In this document: positions 28,301 through 35,266 of the stretch, piece after piece
Layout of the letters: each line of letters opens with the position of its first letter
Numbering within the stretch: position 1 is the stretch's first letter
Assembly (NCBI GenBank): GCA_045645405.1
Contig: JAZRIQ010000039.1
Coordinates: 374 to 64,373 of the forward strand
Source of the DNA: Eubacteriales bacterium
GTDB taxonomy: Bacteria; Bacillota; Clostridia; Oscillospirales; CAG-272
Direction of reading: 5' to 3'
Length of the DNA: 64,000 bases
Program-made: the position numbers and the translations under genes
Notes under the pieces: generated by a model
Databases searched by the model: none
What the model was told of the DNA's origin: nothing
Seen by the model: only the letters and a program-made list of their open reading frames with translations

Positions 28301-28893
28301 ACCTTGAAATTCGTGGAGCGGGAAATCTTTTAGGCGCTCAGCAGCACGGCCATCTTGATACGGTGGGCTACGATTTATACGTCAGACTTCTTAACGAGGC
28401 TGTTTTGGAGGAGCGCGGAGAAGCTGTTGAAATCAAGCCTGAAACGAAAATAACACTATCCTGTGACGCTTATTTGCCGAAAAATTACGTTGAATCAAGT
28501 GCGCAGAGAATGGAAATGTACAAAAAAATCGCCCACATTGAAAACGAGGCGGACTACAACGATATTGTAACGGAGCTGACGGACAGATTTGGAAAGCCCC
28601 CTCAAAGTGCGAAAAATCTTGTAAACGCTTCCGTTTTGAAGGCTTATGCCCAGGTTGCGGGAGTAAAGAAGGTTGACCAGATGAAAAATGAGGTAAGGCT
28701 ATATCTTGATACAGTTGACACTGTAGCTCTTGTTAAGCTATCCTCTTACGACAGAGAAAACGTAAAAATCTGTCAGGGACGAAGCGCGGCGCCGTATATT
28801 TCCGTAGCTGTAAAGCTGAGCGAGGAGTTTTCTGCGTTACCGATAAAGGTGCTTAAAAAATATAAGCAATACAGAGAGGAAAATCTTAGCTGA
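25336..28893 (+). CDS. mfd: Transcription-repair coupling factor
   Basis: Start set at the ATG at 25336 (AAGGGAGGG RBS) rather than the track's 25183. 1185 aa. Helicase motifs GDVGYGKTEV and DEEQRFG, plus a CarD-like domain (GDYVVHASYGIGRF). Confidence 0.92.
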   Translation: MNKEILQGIRHSSVYERMIERFRELYNAEKKLPLLVDGVSEGALYSLLYSLREDVSKVSDAPVLVVVGEERKANKLNEFFKGAGVKSEFYPVRDFNFYDMTASHELEYERLRVLSGVLFNTVDLVISTPDALLQLTMPRECLREHTLEVKTDTCLDILELIKTLHKMGYAATTLVESPGQFSVRGGIIDIFPTNCDFKVNGERKKEASPVRIELFGDEIDRLAVFDVMSQRMTEKIDSFVITPSKEIIASEEKLDSVREELCQLLSFAENENSIAELKKEIGSIDSKASLAFLDRFISLVYPQKECLLDYFSDNSCVIVCDTPSVARKAKEAQEVSNELVKSLIENNLVPSKYSDYSAPVSKIDAFCENHYCINIDDFLMSRSSKQGGIYNFATKGIAFVSNAVTVVFEELDYFVKNKYRVVLVCQTSTEAKSTVKTLNEMSIPAYMAENSTYGNLKAGTVAVYCDSYPCGYEVPASKFALVVISSKRGDVKKKLQRSKRFAKNAGEKIMSHNDLCVGDYVVHASYGIGRFMGIENMCVMGAYRDYVAIQYAGTDKLFLPVDQLDMVAKYIGSKSADGEVRLSKMGGAEWKKSTQRAKSAAKEMAKELIELYARRTRIDGFSFEPDGLMEREFDSAFEYEETESQLEAIADIKADMERPYPMDRVLCGDVGYGKTEVALRAAMKAVANNKQVAILVPTTILAMQHYQTALARFAGTGVNIGMISRFRTAKDQAQTLRRLRRGDLDIIIGTHKLLGGKVEFKDLGLLIVDEEQRFGVAQKEKIKQAVPDVDVLSLSATPIPRTLSMAMGGIRDMSVLDEAPEGRVGVQSYVLEYDENIINDAIRRELHRGGQVFYLYNNVDHLYTIASKLKSTFPEARIAVAHGQMDREDIEEIWHGLVQGDVDILISTTIIETGIDIPNANTLIIENADKMGLSQLHQIRGRVGRSHRRAYAFFTYRKGLGLTEIAQKRLSAIRDFAEFGAGFKIAMRDLEIRGAGNLLGAQQHGHLDTVGYDLYVRLLNEAVLEERGEAVEIKPETKITLSCDAYLPKNYVESSAQRMEMYKKIAHIENEADYNDIVTELTDRFGKPPQSAKNLVNASVLKAYAQVAGVKKVDQMKNEVRLYLDTVDTVALVKLSSYDRENVKICQGRSAAPYISVAVKLSEEFSALPIKVLKKYKQYREENLS

Positions 28894-28964
28894 CGCAGCA
28901 TATTTTGCGATGATTTTTGAAAAAGACGGCAGATGGTGGACGGCGCGGTGAAATAAAATCAAAT

Positions 28965-29016
28965 AAAAAACACCGAAAAGGCGTTTTCTTGCGAAAAGTC
29001 GGTTCGGTGTTTTTTG
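28965..29016. terminator. bidirectional terminator between mfd and the Cys-rich gene
   Basis: Outer stem acaccgaa/ttcggtgt flanked by A6 and T6. Confidence 0.7.
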
Positions 29017-29051
29017 TTAGTTCGTTAAATTAGGAATGATTAAAGCTTTTA

Positions 29052-29345
29052 TTATTCCTCGTCGGAAGAAGCCTTGGCACAGTGCTTGTCGCTGTTGCAT
29101 TCACAGTCCTCAGGGCATAAGCTGATTTCATCATCGTCTGAAGAATCTGCATAGTTTGCGCAACCGCAAATGCATTCCTCACCCTCGCAATCACAAATTT
29201 CCTCGTCCTCCGGACAAAGCTCAATTGTGAATTTGAAGTGCTTTTTGATTACCGTGTAAAGGATAGCAATAGCGCCTGCAAGTGAAACGATAGCTCCCGA
29301 TGCGATTAAAAGCGCCTTTAAGATTCCGTTATTCTTCTTTTCCAT
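29052..29345 (-). CDS. Membrane-anchored acidic cysteine-rich miniprotein (hypothetical)
   Basis: 97-aa ORF. One TM helix (ILKALLIASGAIVSLAGAIAILYTVI) is followed by a 58-aa tail with 10 Cys and about 25 Asp/Glu. LCPED is duplicated. AGGAGG RBS (aaggaggcttattatg). Confidence 0.65.
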   Translation of the reverse strand: MEKKNNGILKALLIASGAIVSLAGAIAILYTVIKKHFKFTIELCPEDEEICDCEGEECICGCANYADSSDDDEISLCPEDCECNSDKHCAKASSDEE

Positions 29346-29438
29346 AATAAGCCTCCTTATAAATATTCCTTGTACTTATAATATACCACAGAAAAAGAAA
29401 AAATGCAATCGGCAAATTAAAAAATTTACAATATTACA

Positions 29439-29467
29439 TTGATTTAATTTAAGTTATGTGGTAAAAT
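29439..29467 (+). promoter_or_regulatory. sigma-70 promoter of ruvX
   Basis: TTGATT, 17 nt ending in TGG, then TAAAAT. Confidence 0.5.
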
Positions 29468-29495
29468 GATAAAAAATACTTAAAATGAGGTTAAA

Positions 29496-29927
29496 ATGGC
29501 TCAGAAAAGAATTTTGGGAGTTGACTACGGAGATGCAAGAACGGGCTTGGCTCTGTCGGATTTGAGCGGTTTTTTGGCAAGCGGAGCGGGATGCATAAAA
29601 AGCACGGGCTTTATGAAAACTGCCGAGAGTGTGGCTGAAATCGCTAAAAAAAATGACGTAGGGCTAATAGTTTTGGGGCATCCTATAAATATGAACGGAA
29701 CGCTTGGACCGAGAAGCGAAAAGGTGCAGGCATTCGGAAAGCATCTTGAGGAAATAACGGGCATAATGGTTGAGCTTTTTGACGAAAGACTTTCAACTGC
29801 CAACGCCCACGTAATACTTAACCAAACGAATACGAGAGGGCAGAAAAGAAAGGACGTAATTGACGAAATGTCAGCCTGTCTGATTTTGCAAAGCTATCTT
29901 GACAGAGAAAGAAGCAAGGGTAATTAA
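29496..29927 (+). CDS. ruvX: Holliday junction resolvase-like RuvX/YqgF
   Basis: 143-aa ORF with ILGVDYGDARTGLALSD and DERLST motifs. Confidence 0.9.
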   Translation: MAQKRILGVDYGDARTGLALSDLSGFLASGAGCIKSTGFMKTAESVAEIAKKNDVGLIVLGHPINMNGTLGPRSEKVQAFGKHLEEITGIMVELFDERLSTANAHVILNQTNTRGQKRKDVIDEMSACLILQSYLDRERSKGN

Positions 29928-29946
29928 CCTTGCGGAAAGGCGAAAA

Positions 29947-31164
29947 ATGAGTGAAAAGAAATGCGCTCCCTGCCGTCCTAACAGCGTAGGCGGTCAAGCG
30001 GTTATTGAGGGAGTAATGATGAAAAACGGCACACGCGTTGCGCTTGCTGTAAGAAAGGGTGACGGTACCGTTGAAATAAAAAACAGCGAATTTCACCCTG
30101 CTAAAGAAAAGCATAAGTGGCTTAATATTCCTGTTTTAAGAGGAGTTGTGGGCTTTATCGAGTCTATGATTTTGTCCTTTAAAACTCTTAGTGATTCTAC
30201 GGAAATGCTGGGAATTGACGAGCTTGAGGAAAAGGAAAAAGCAGAAAAGGAAGAGAAAAAATTAAGAAAAAGGCTGGAAAAAGAAGCTAAAAAGCAGGGC
30301 GTTACAGTAGAGGAGCTTGAAAGCAAAAAAGCCCTAAACGTGTCTGTAAATACTGAAAATTGCAGCGAATGCCACAATGGCGAAAATTCGGCGGAAATCG
30401 AAGAAAAAGCGCAGGACGATGCCAAAAAAGAGGAAAAGACGGATAAGAAGAAAAGCGGAAGTGCTCAAATGGGCTTTATAATGGTGATTTCTCTTGTTTT
30501 GGGACTTGCTCTTGCGGTTGCTTTGTTTATGGTTCTTCCTACTTATGCTGCTGACGGAATTGATTATCTTGTAGCAAGATTTACAAGCCTTAACGGTATA
30601 AACCACTATGCTCAAGCGGCAATTGAGGGCGTTGTCAAAATTTTGATTTTCATAATTTATATCGCCTCTGTGTCGCTAATGAAGGATATTAAGAGAACGT
30701 TTTCTTATCACGGAGCGGAACATAAATCTATTGCGTGCTATGAGTGCGGAATGGAGCTTACTCCTGAAAATGCAAGAAAATGCTCGCGCTTTCACCCCCG
30801 TTGCGGAACAAGCTTTTTATTCGTTATGCTCCTTATAGGAGTTGTAGTGGGTATGTTTATTCCCGAATTTGAGGGAATGTCTTGGCTGAGAAGCATTATT
30901 AAGCTGGCTACCTTGCCTATCATTATGGGAATCGGCTACGAGTTTATTATGCTTGCGGGAAAGCACAATAACGCTCTTACAAGAGTTCTTTCGGCTCCGG
31001 GTCTTTGGATGCAGAGAATTACTACAAAGGAGCCGGACGACTATCAGCTTGCCGTTGCTATTTGTGCTATTAAATCTACTATGCCTGAGGAATTTCCCGA
31101 TTTTGACGCAGGCGAGTACACCATAACAAAAGAGGAAAACAAGGGACACATTATGTGTGAATAA
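29947..31164 (+). CDS. DUF1385 family membrane protein with a large Lys/Glu-rich insert
   Basis: Start set at the ATG at 29947, which avoids overlap with ruvX. The GGQAVIEGVMMKN and YHGAEHK motifs are typical of DUF1385. Confidence 0.75.
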   Translation: MSEKKCAPCRPNSVGGQAVIEGVMMKNGTRVALAVRKGDGTVEIKNSEFHPAKEKHKWLNIPVLRGVVGFIESMILSFKTLSDSTEMLGIDELEEKEKAEKEEKKLRKRLEKEAKKQGVTVEELESKKALNVSVNTENCSECHNGENSAEIEEKAQDDAKKEEKTDKKKSGSAQMGFIMVISLVLGLALAVALFMVLPTYAADGIDYLVARFTSLNGINHYAQAAIEGVVKILIFIIYIASVSLMKDIKRTFSYHGAEHKSIACYECGMELTPENARKCSRFHPRCGTSFLFVMLLIGVVVGMFIPEFEGMSWLRSIIKLATLPIIMGIGYEFIMLAGKHNNALTRVLSAPGLWMQRITTKEPDDYQLAVAICAIKSTMPEEFPDFDAGEYTITKEENKGHIMCE

Positions 31165-31296
31165 ACAAAGTTAAGAGGCTGTTGCATTAGCAATGTCCTC
31201 TTTTTTGTATAATGAAAGCAGTAAAACAGCCGTATGGCAGACTTGCAAATGCCACGGTAAGGTCAAGAAGAGAGAAAGACAAATTTTAATTATCTA

Positions 31297-31325
31297 TTGA
31301 CAAGAAAATTCGGTTGTGGTAAAAT
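31297..31325 (+). promoter_or_regulatory. sigma-70 promoter of the 977-aa surface protein gene
   Basis: TTGACA (31297-31302), 17 nt ending in TGG, then TAAAAT (31320-31325). Confidence 0.6.
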
Positions 31326-31379
31326 ATATGTGCGAAAGTATATATTTTTATATTTATAAAGGAGTTAAGAAAAGCTGAA

Positions 31380-34313
31380 ATGAAGAGAAGGCTAATTAAA
31401 TCTATTGTTTTGGTGGCTGCTGTAATGATAATGGCATTGATATGCACGTTCGTTATCGTTGGCGCTACTGAGGAAGAAACATATACGATTTCATATTCCG
31501 TTAACGGAAAGATAGTAAAGACGGAGGATTTCCCGAAGACGCAAGCTGCGGTGCTTCCGTCCCAGCCTATATCCAAGGAAGTTGAAGGTAAGAAGTTTTT
31601 CGGTTGGTACACGGACACAGGAGCTGTATACACAGTAAGAGCTGACGGAAGTGACATAGTTCTTGCGGGTCAAAGGGTTGACCAGGTTGTATACGAGGCT
31701 TACGGCGTAGAGGTAAGCACCGAGGCTGATTTCTTAAGAGAGGTTAAAAAGCCTAATTCTTATGTTAAACTTGTTAAAAACGATATCACTGTTGACGAGA
31801 TAATTACGTTGCCTGATAGCGGTCTTACTATTATCGACTTGAACGGACGCGTGCTTAACATAACGAGCAAGGACGTTGCATTCAAGGGAACAAACGCTTC
31901 ATTGCACATCGTCAATTCGGGTGCTGCAGGCTCGGGTAAGATTATACACAAGGGTGAATTTACTGATAAGTATCTTATGGATTCCTCATTGTTTACATTG
32001 TCACCAACTCTAAGGGCTGACACTCAAATCCGTCTTTTCCCAAGAGTTCTTATTAAGTCCAACGTAGGTATATTCGATATCGTTTCCGATATGACAGGCT
32101 CTAAATACAATTACACGCTCGATATTGGCGCAACGGTTGAAGGAAACTTCCTTGTAAGAAGCTACGGTATCAGAAATACGACGGTTACGACTAACCTTTA
32201 CTCCGATATTACCATAACAGGTCTTTACGTGTTTGAGGACAGAGGTCTTTACGATGCTATAAATCTGACCTTTAAGATGCCTGACGGTAAGCTTACTCTT
32301 GCGGCGGATACGTTTATCACAAACGAGATGGACAGATATAACGTGTATATTACAGGCGGAAGCTTCAGCAAGGACCTTAACGGCTTGTATCCGCATTATA
32401 CGTTTACGCCAGGATCTGACGGAAGATATAAGTTTAACGAATGTAACCATGATGACGTGCTTATTTCAATGACGGCAGACTGCGATAAGGCAGGAACCGT
32501 TACCTTTAAGTGCGGTCACTGTGGAGTGGAGCATACAGACCCCAGCGGAGCGTTGGGACATTCTCTTGTAACAACTCTTGCTCAAGAAACTGTTACGACG
32601 GTTAATGCAACAGAGCCGGGCTACTACGAAACCGTTTGCTCACGCTGTGACTACGAGGCAAGAGAATATTTCTATCCATCACCACTTGACGTTTACGTAG
32701 CTATTAAATACAGATTAACAACCGGTGAGGACAGAACTATAAAGGTTAAAGCCGATAAGATATTCGGTATAGAAGGAACCTCACTAAAAAGCTTTGAACC
32801 GTCAATACTTGCTATTGAATACGGAGTTTTAAGACCGCAGATATATTCAGTTGAGCTTCCTCTCGGTATAACGGAGGTTGTAGGAGGTCTTTCCAGCGGC
32901 GCGTCCGGAAGTGAGCCACAGGGTGCACTTTACGGAGAAGCGTACATTGAGGAGCTTGTTCTTCCTATGTCCCTTGTGAACATTGGCGCAACGGCGTTTG
33001 CGGATATGAAGTCCTTAAAAACCGTTAAAGGTCTTGAACACATCAGCGGAAAAATCGGTGAAAGAGCCTTTGAACAGAAAAAAGGAAACATTGTTTACAT
33101 CGAAAAAATGGAAATTAACGCTAAGGAAATTGGCGCAAATGCTTTCTACAATTTCACTATGATTTCACTCACCCTTGGCAAAAACGTTACCACCATCAGC
33201 AAGAATGCTTTCGGTATGACTAACGTGGCGGAAGAGTCTAAATTAAAGGAAATATTCTCCGAGAAAAACACCTCTAAAAACGGTGTTAACTTAAAAGGCT
33301 CGGGCTTGGTAACCGTAGAAGACGGACAGCAGTTTGACGGCAAGGCGATAGTTTTCCTTGACCACTACTTTGATGAGGAAAATAAGGTGGTTATAGAGCC
33401 AACCTGCTTACAGGAGGGTTATGAAATACTGACCTGTAAAAACTGCGGAGAGGTTAGAAACGAAAACTTCGTTGATATGGTTGACCACTCTTACGTAGAG
33501 ATTAAGGTACCTACTACTTGCGTTGCTCAAGGTTATGAGGGCTTAAAGTGTACCGTATGTGAATATATTGAGATTGTTGACTATTACGTTGGTCACGTTC
33601 CCGTACACGATTTTACTTACAAGGAAACGTACACAGCTCAAGATGATATAGATAATACCGACATAAATATTTGTGAAGACGACTATCTTATAGTTGGAAC
33701 GTGTAGATGTGGAGAGATGGATCCTAATGAAAATAATTGGGAGCGTAAGGACGCTATCGGAGATCACGTTTTAGATGAGCGTAATCCTCTTGAATACGTT
33801 GGAGCAACCTGTGACAGAAAGGGATACGGCGTATATCCATGTATCAACTGTGGTGAATCGTACAGACTTACTTATGAAGCTACCGGTAATCACTTATACA
33901 TTACCGACCACAAAAACACAGTCCTATCAACCTGTACTACCGCAGGAAAGAAAGCGTTCTACTGTAAGGAGTGCGGAACTCCTAAGGTGGCAGATGACGT
34001 TTTAAATCCTGAAAATCACGAGTGGGAAAAGGACAAAAACGGTAACCTTCTTTGGACCACAAAGGTAGAGGCTACTACCGAAAAGGCAGGAAAGGCTGAA
34101 AATAAGTGCTTAGGCTGTGGAAAGGTACAGAGTAAGGGTATTCCTGTAACAGAAGAGCAAACGAAGGACGTTGACAAGCTCTATATGATCCTTATTATTG
34201 CCGGCGGTGCAGTTGTTGCGGTAGGTCTTGGCATTACGCTATACTTTACGTTGTTTAAGAAGAAGGCGTCTGCAGGATACAAGTACAAGTTTAATACTCT
34301 TGGCAAGAAATAA
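31380..34313 (+). CDS. C-terminally membrane-anchored surface protein with a B-repeat, beta-helix-like region, BspA-type LRRs and a tandem array of Cys/His mini-modules
   Basis: 977-aa ORF. N-terminal signal/TM. KKFFGWYTDTG B-repeat. LRR_5-like segments IGATAFADMKSLKTV..IGERAFE..IGANAFYN. About 8 H-x(n)-C-x2-x-G-x(4,5)-C-x2-C units. C-terminal TM (LYMILIIAGGAVVAVGLGITLYF) followed by a basic tail. Confidence 0.8.
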   Translation: MKRRLIKSIVLVAAVMIMALICTFVIVGATEEETYTISYSVNGKIVKTEDFPKTQAAVLPSQPISKEVEGKKFFGWYTDTGAVYTVRADGSDIVLAGQRVDQVVYEAYGVEVSTEADFLREVKKPNSYVKLVKNDITVDEIITLPDSGLTIIDLNGRVLNITSKDVAFKGTNASLHIVNSGAAGSGKIIHKGEFTDKYLMDSSLFTLSPTLRADTQIRLFPRVLIKSNVGIFDIVSDMTGSKYNYTLDIGATVEGNFLVRSYGIRNTTVTTNLYSDITITGLYVFEDRGLYDAINLTFKMPDGKLTLAADTFITNEMDRYNVYITGGSFSKDLNGLYPHYTFTPGSDGRYKFNECNHDDVLISMTADCDKAGTVTFKCGHCGVEHTDPSGALGHSLVTTLAQETVTTVNATEPGYYETVCSRCDYEAREYFYPSPLDVYVAIKYRLTTGEDRTIKVKADKIFGIEGTSLKSFEPSILAIEYGVLRPQIYSVELPLGITEVVGGLSSGASGSEPQGALYGEAYIEELVLPMSLVNIGATAFADMKSLKTVKGLEHISGKIGERAFEQKKGNIVYIEKMEINAKEIGANAFYNFTMISLTLGKNVTTISKNAFGMTNVAEESKLKEIFSEKNTSKNGVNLKGSGLVTVEDGQQFDGKAIVFLDHYFDEENKVVIEPTCLQEGYEILTCKNCGEVRNENFVDMVDHSYVEIKVPTTCVAQGYEGLKCTVCEYIEIVDYYVGHVPVHDFTYKETYTAQDDIDNTDINICEDDYLIVGTCRCGEMDPNENNWERKDAIGDHVLDERNPLEYVGATCDRKGYGVYPCINCGESYRLTYEATGNHLYITDHKNTVLSTCTTAGKKAFYCKECGTPKVADDVLNPENHEWEKDKNGNLLWTTKVEATTEKAGKAENKCLGCGKVQSKGIPVTEEQTKDVDKLYMILIIAGGAVVAVGLGITLYFTLFKKKASAGYKYKFNTLGKK

Positions 34314-34385
34314 GACGGTCGCTTTAACCTGTTGGATTTAAGCTAAGCGAGCTTTACTTGCTTTGATAAAAGATACTTGAATAAA

Positions 34386-34413
34386 AGAGCCATCTGCAAC
34401 GTCAGATGGCTCT
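34386..34413 (+). terminator. terminator-like hairpin after the surface protein gene
   Basis: 11-bp stem agagccatctg/cagatggctct, but the T-tract is weak. Confidence 0.45.
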
Positions 34414-34450
34414 ATTACTGTGTGGAATATAATAAATTAAAGAGGAAAAT

Positions 34451-35113
34451 ATGGAAATTACCTTTGAGAATATAAAAAATAATGAAAAAATAAGAGCATT
34501 TATAAAGGAAGCTTACAACAGCTTAAAGGCTATTGGATATACGGAGCATGGCTTTGCCCACGTAGGGCTTGTTGCAGACAGAGCAGCTTACGTTTTGAGA
34601 ACGCTTGGATATGACGAGCGCGACGTTGAGCTTGCAAAAATTGCTTCTTTTATGCACGATATAGGCAATATTGTAAACAGGCGCGACCATGCTCAAAGCG
34701 GCGCTATAATTGCATTCAGATTGCTTGATAATTTAGGAATGGAGGCAAACGAGCTTGCCAAGGTTGTAACCGCCATCGGAAATCATGACGAGGGTACGGG
34801 AGGTGCGGTAAATCCTATTGCGGCTGCTCTGATTTTGGGAGATAAGACCGACGTTAGAAGAACGAGAGTATCTGAAACGGATAAGACTAAATTTGACGAG
34901 CATGACAGAGTTAATTATTCGGTTATAAGCTCGGAACTAAAATTTAACGAGGGAAGAACACAGCTCATTTTATCTTTAGAGGTCGATACGGAAATAAGCA
35001 CGGTTATGGATTATTTTGAAATCTTTCTTGAAAGAATGATAATGTGCAAAAAGGCTTCAAAGCGCCTTGGCGTTACATTTGCATTGATTGTAAACGGACA
35101 GAAGATTGGTTGA
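34451..35113 (+). CDS. HD-domain phosphohydrolase
   Basis: 220-aa ORF with H..HD metal motifs (GFAHV, FMHDIGN, GNHDEG). Confidence 0.75.
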   Translation: MEITFENIKNNEKIRAFIKEAYNSLKAIGYTEHGFAHVGLVADRAAYVLRTLGYDERDVELAKIASFMHDIGNIVNRRDHAQSGAIIAFRLLDNLGMEANELAKVVTAIGNHDEGTGGAVNPIAAALILGDKTDVRRTRVSETDKTKFDEHDRVNYSVISSELKFNEGRTQLILSLEVDTEISTVMDYFEIFLERMIMCKKASKRLGVTFALIVNGQKIG

Positions 35114-35115
35114 TG

Positions 35116-35195
35116 ATAGCCGTCGGCTATGGCTTCCCCTCGAGGGAGGCTCCGCGTAGCGGTGGTACTAACTGCCAGCCGTTAGTGGCTTAAAT
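35116..35195. repeat. GC-rich intergenic element related to 12638-12905
   Basis: Contains ggcttcccctcgagggaggctccgcgtagcggtgg, made of a ccctcgaggg palindrome followed by GCGTAGCGGTGG. The reverse complement of the 12.7-kb element contains cgcgatagcggtgg and gcctccctccgagagggagg. Confidence 0.45.
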
Positions 35196-35199
35196 AAGA

Positions 35200-35234
35200 A
35201 GCGCTCCATCAATGATTTTGATGGAGTGCTTTTG
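35200..35234. terminator. bidirectional terminator between the HD gene and the HTH-LRR gene
   Basis: 12-bp stem agcgctccatca/tgatggagtgct with one G-U pair. TTTT follows on the plus strand, and an aaaaaagcgcc tract serves the minus strand. Confidence 0.7.
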
Positions 35235-35266
35235 ATTATAAGGCGCTTTTTTATTGTGCTTGAGTA

